This document shows, in pieces, positions 61,765 to 64,000 of a stretch of DNA of 64,000 bases. A model generated the notes under the pieces. That model was not told the DNA's origin and searched no databases. It saw nothing but the letters and a program-made list of their open reading frames with translations. This DNA is from an uncultured Nitrospiraceae bacterium (GTDB lineage: Bacteria > Nitrospirota > Thermodesulfovibrionia > Thermodesulfovibrionales > Dissulfurispiraceae), in the NCBI GenBank assembly GCA_963705105.1, contig CAVPIW010000010.1, positions 96,001 to 160,000 of the forward strand, in the 5' to 3' direction. The translations under genes and the position numbers were made by a program. Position 1 is the first letter of the stretch. Each line of letters starts with the position of its first letter.

Positions 61765-62208
61765 TTACCGGCTGTCGATCCATGATGCGAGTTGTGATTT
61801 GCTGAGGGCGCCCCTCGTCTCGTCCAGCCGCCTTCCGTTTCTATAAAGGATCAGCGTCGGCACCGAGAGGATCTGGAACCGCCGGGCCAGGGACTGCTCC
61901 TGTTCCGCGTCGATCGTCACGATCTTGAGAGAACCAACCCGTTCGCGGGCCAATTCTCCGAGTACGGGAGTAAGGAGGCTGCAGGCGCCGCAATGGGGGG
62001 TCCAGAACTCGACGAGGACGGTCCCGTGCCAGTCGATCACTTCCTCCTGGAAATTTCCTGCTGTGCCCTGGACCGGCGTCGCCGGGATGACGAGTTGCCT
62101 CTTGCACCGTCCGCACCGCGCACGCTCTCTGACCCGCCCCGACGGGACCTGGTTCAGAGTCCTGCAGGCACTGCAGCGGATGATGACTGATCCTGCGTGA
62201 CCGTCCAT
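61765..62208 (-). CDS. trxC: thioredoxin 2-like (Zn-finger) thioredoxin
   Basis: N-terminal CSAC...CGRC; FWTPHCGAC active site; SVPTL. Confidence 0.8.
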   Translation of the reverse strand: MDGHAGSVIIRCSACRTLNQVPSGRVRERARCGRCKRQLVIPATPVQGTAGNFQEEVIDWHGTVLVEFWTPHCGACSLLTPVLGELARERVGSLKIVTIDAEQEQSLARRFQILSVPTLILYRNGRRLDETRGALSKSQLASWIDSR

Positions 62209-62232
62209 CGCAAACCTGCCAATGCCCGCTGT

Positions 62233-62430
62233 TTAGAAAAGACGCTTTTTCAATCTGCCGGAGTATTTGCCCGCGTAGTCCCTCGCTTCCTCCGCCATAT
62301 GCACAATCTGTTTCCTCGTCTTCTTGCCCGACTGAGGGGCGAGCAGGAAGGCGAGGCCTGAACCGACAACACCGCCTATGAGGAAGGAAAAGAGCGCTAC
62401 CATTTTGATCTTCTGATCCGGTTTTTCCAT
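62233..62430 (-). CDS. YtxH domain protein
   Basis: FLIGGVVG..LAFLLAPQSGKKTRKQI. Confidence 0.85.
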   Translation of the reverse strand: MEKPDQKIKMVALFSFLIGGVVGSGLAFLLAPQSGKKTRKQIVHMAEEARDYAGKYSGRLKKRLF

Positions 62431-62675
62431 GTCCTGTCTCCTTGAATTGGAATTGCAGGGCAGTGACGGGCGGCTGCCGCACCGAAACTGAGGGGTCCCT
62501 GCATCTTTCATAAAAGGTATCATGGTTGGCCGCAGGAGTCAACCTTAACAACAGAACGATATGATCGAAGACGAGGATAAGACCCCCTCGTCTTCCTGAT
62601 GTCGTCATCGCCGGAAATTCTTTGGAACAGGAGAGCTGCGCCCCGGGATACGCGAAAATCATTGAAAATCATGCC

Positions 62676-62705
62676 TTGACATTGAAAGAGAACGGGCCGT
62701 ATGAT
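62676..62705 (+). promoter_or_regulatory. putative sigma70 promoter
   Basis: TTGACA-N18-TATGAT upstream of the M50 gene. Confidence 0.5.
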
Positions 62706-62760
62706 AAAAACTTATGTTCACGAACCGTTTGCGACACACAATAGCGGGGTGCTCCGACTG

Positions 62761-63429
62761 ATGGATTTCGCCCCTATCCTTCGGCAAGTTATCATATCGG
62801 TCATCCCGATTCTTTTCGCCATCATCCTGCACGAGGTCTCCCATGGATTCGTGGCGGAGAAACTGGGGGACCCGACGGCCCGGAAGATGGGCCGGCTGAC
62901 GCTCAATCCCATCGCCCACATCGACCCTTTCGGGACGGTCATCATGCCGATCGCCCTCTTCATTTTCACGAACGGTCAGTTCGTGTTCGGATATGCCAAG
63001 CCCGTGCCGATCAATCCTTTCAACTTCAGGAACCCCAAGCGCGATATGGCGATCTCCGCTGCGGCCGGTCCCGGTGTTAATATCCTCCTGGCTGTTCTGA
63101 GCGTCCTCGTGCTGAAGTATCTGCTTCTTCCCGTTTCCGGCGTCATTCCCGACGAGGTCGCAGGTACGTTCCTGAAGCCGCTGGCCTTGATGCTCTCGGC
63201 GAACGTGAGCGTGAACGTCATCCTTGCGGCCTTCAATCTCATCCCCGTTCCGCCCCTCGACGGGGGAAGGATTCTTATGGGCCTGCTTCCGCAGCGCCAG
63301 GCAGAGATGGTCGGCAGGATCGAACCCTACGGCATGATCGTCGTCATTCTGCTGGTTGCAACGGGTTTGACGCGCGTCATCGTTCTGCCGATAATCATGC
63401 TCATCATGCATGTGCTGGAGCTGCTATAA
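62761..63429 (+). CDS. site-2 protease (peptidase M50) family
   Basis: HEVSH, GDPTA..GRLTLNP, NLIPVPPLDGG. Confidence 0.93.
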   Translation: MDFAPILRQVIISVIPILFAIILHEVSHGFVAEKLGDPTARKMGRLTLNPIAHIDPFGTVIMPIALFIFTNGQFVFGYAKPVPINPFNFRNPKRDMAISAAAGPGVNILLAVLSVLVLKYLLLPVSGVIPDEVAGTFLKPLALMLSANVSVNVILAAFNLIPVPPLDGGRILMGLLPQRQAEMVGRIEPYGMIVVILLVATGLTRVIVLPIIMLIMHVLELL

Positions 63430-63435
63430 GACCAT

Positions 63436-63515
63436 AGTCATTAAGTCATTAAGTCATTAAGTCATTAAGTCATTAAGTCATTAAGTCATTAAGTCACTGA
63501 GTCATTAAGTCATTA
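63436..63515 (+). repeat. tandem octamer repeat (AGTCATTA)x10
   Basis: 9 perfect units and 1 variant (AGTCACTG). Confidence 0.95.
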
Positions 63516-63581
63516 CGTTATTGAGTCATTGCCGTTCTTTGCGCACTTTGCGACTTTGCGCGAGGAAATAAAGGAGGAATC

Positions 63582-64000
63582 ATGGAGAAGGATCGGGTTC
63601 TCAGCGGGATGCAGTCGAGCGGAAAGCTCCATCTCGGCAACCTTGTCGGGGCACTGAAGAACTGGGTAGCCCTTCAGGACCGGTACGAATGCTTCTACTT
63701 CGTCGCCGACTGGCATTCACTGACAACGGGATATGCTGACCCGTCGTCGATCCAGGCGAGCACGAAGGACCTCCTCGTCAATTTCCTGGCGGCGGGCCTC
63801 GATCCTGAAAAGTCGACGCTCTTCATCCAGTCGAAGATCCTGCAGCATGCCGAGCTGCACCTGCTTCTCTCCATGATCACCCCTATCGGCTGGCTCGAAC
63901 GGGTCCCCACCTTCAAGGAGAAGCAGCAGGAACTGCAGGACCGGGATATATCGACCTACGGGTTTCTCGGATATCCCGTCCTGCAGACAGCAGACATCGT
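63582..64000 (+). CDS. trpS: tryptophanyl-tRNA synthetase (5' part; runs off the window)
   Basis: SD AAGGAGG; RVLSGMQSSGKLHLGN, FVADWHSLT, QSKILQHAEL, YPVLQTADI. Confidence 0.95.
   Translation, partial: MEKDRVLSGMQSSGKLHLGNLVGALKNWVALQDRYECFYFVADWHSLTTGYADPSSIQASTKDLLVNFLAAGLDPEKSTLFIQSKILQHAELHLLLSMITPIGWLERVPTFKEKQQELQDRDISTYGFLGYPVLQTADI

Noticed and set aside
63436..63515. CRISPR array
   Set aside because: 8-bp tandem units with no spacers; no cas genes in the window.

Overview
A 64-kb window from a GC-rich Gram-negative bacterium. The gene set and style suggest Nitrospirota/Desulfobacterota, which is an inference. Housekeeping blocks are: an envelope/lipid A cluster (bamD-sirC-gnnA-like-gnnB-like-lpxB-msbA-waaA), uppS-cdsA-dxr-rseP-NUDIX-rfaE2, tgt plus a CDF transporter, tRNA-Leu(CAA), class II ribonucleotide reductase with an NrdR box, dCMP deaminase, thioredoxin, an M50 protease and the start of trpS. 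These are interleaved with accessory DNA: four IS elements (IS4/IS701-like, IS256, IS3, IS481), three of which interrupt genes; a 438-bp non-autonomous TGTT...AACA element with a 5-bp TSD; three TA loci (BrnTA intact, RelE/HTH and AbiE with damaged toxins); a Mn riboswitch-GDT1 unit; and a secreted carboxypeptidase-regulatory-like/Zn-phospholipase-C-like cassette. A ~13-kb defence island lies between nrdJ and the dCMP deaminase. It encodes a PLD-SNF2 helicase, a Type ISP-like N6 methyltransferase, an AlbA_2 protein, a Zn-finger-HEPN protein and an ABC ATPase with DUF4276. A dispersed ~200-290-bp intergenic repeat family with conserved inverted ends and shuffled internal modules occurs at least 7 times. 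Several single-base frameshifts may be assembly errors. All calls come from motif recognition by eye; no database searches were run.
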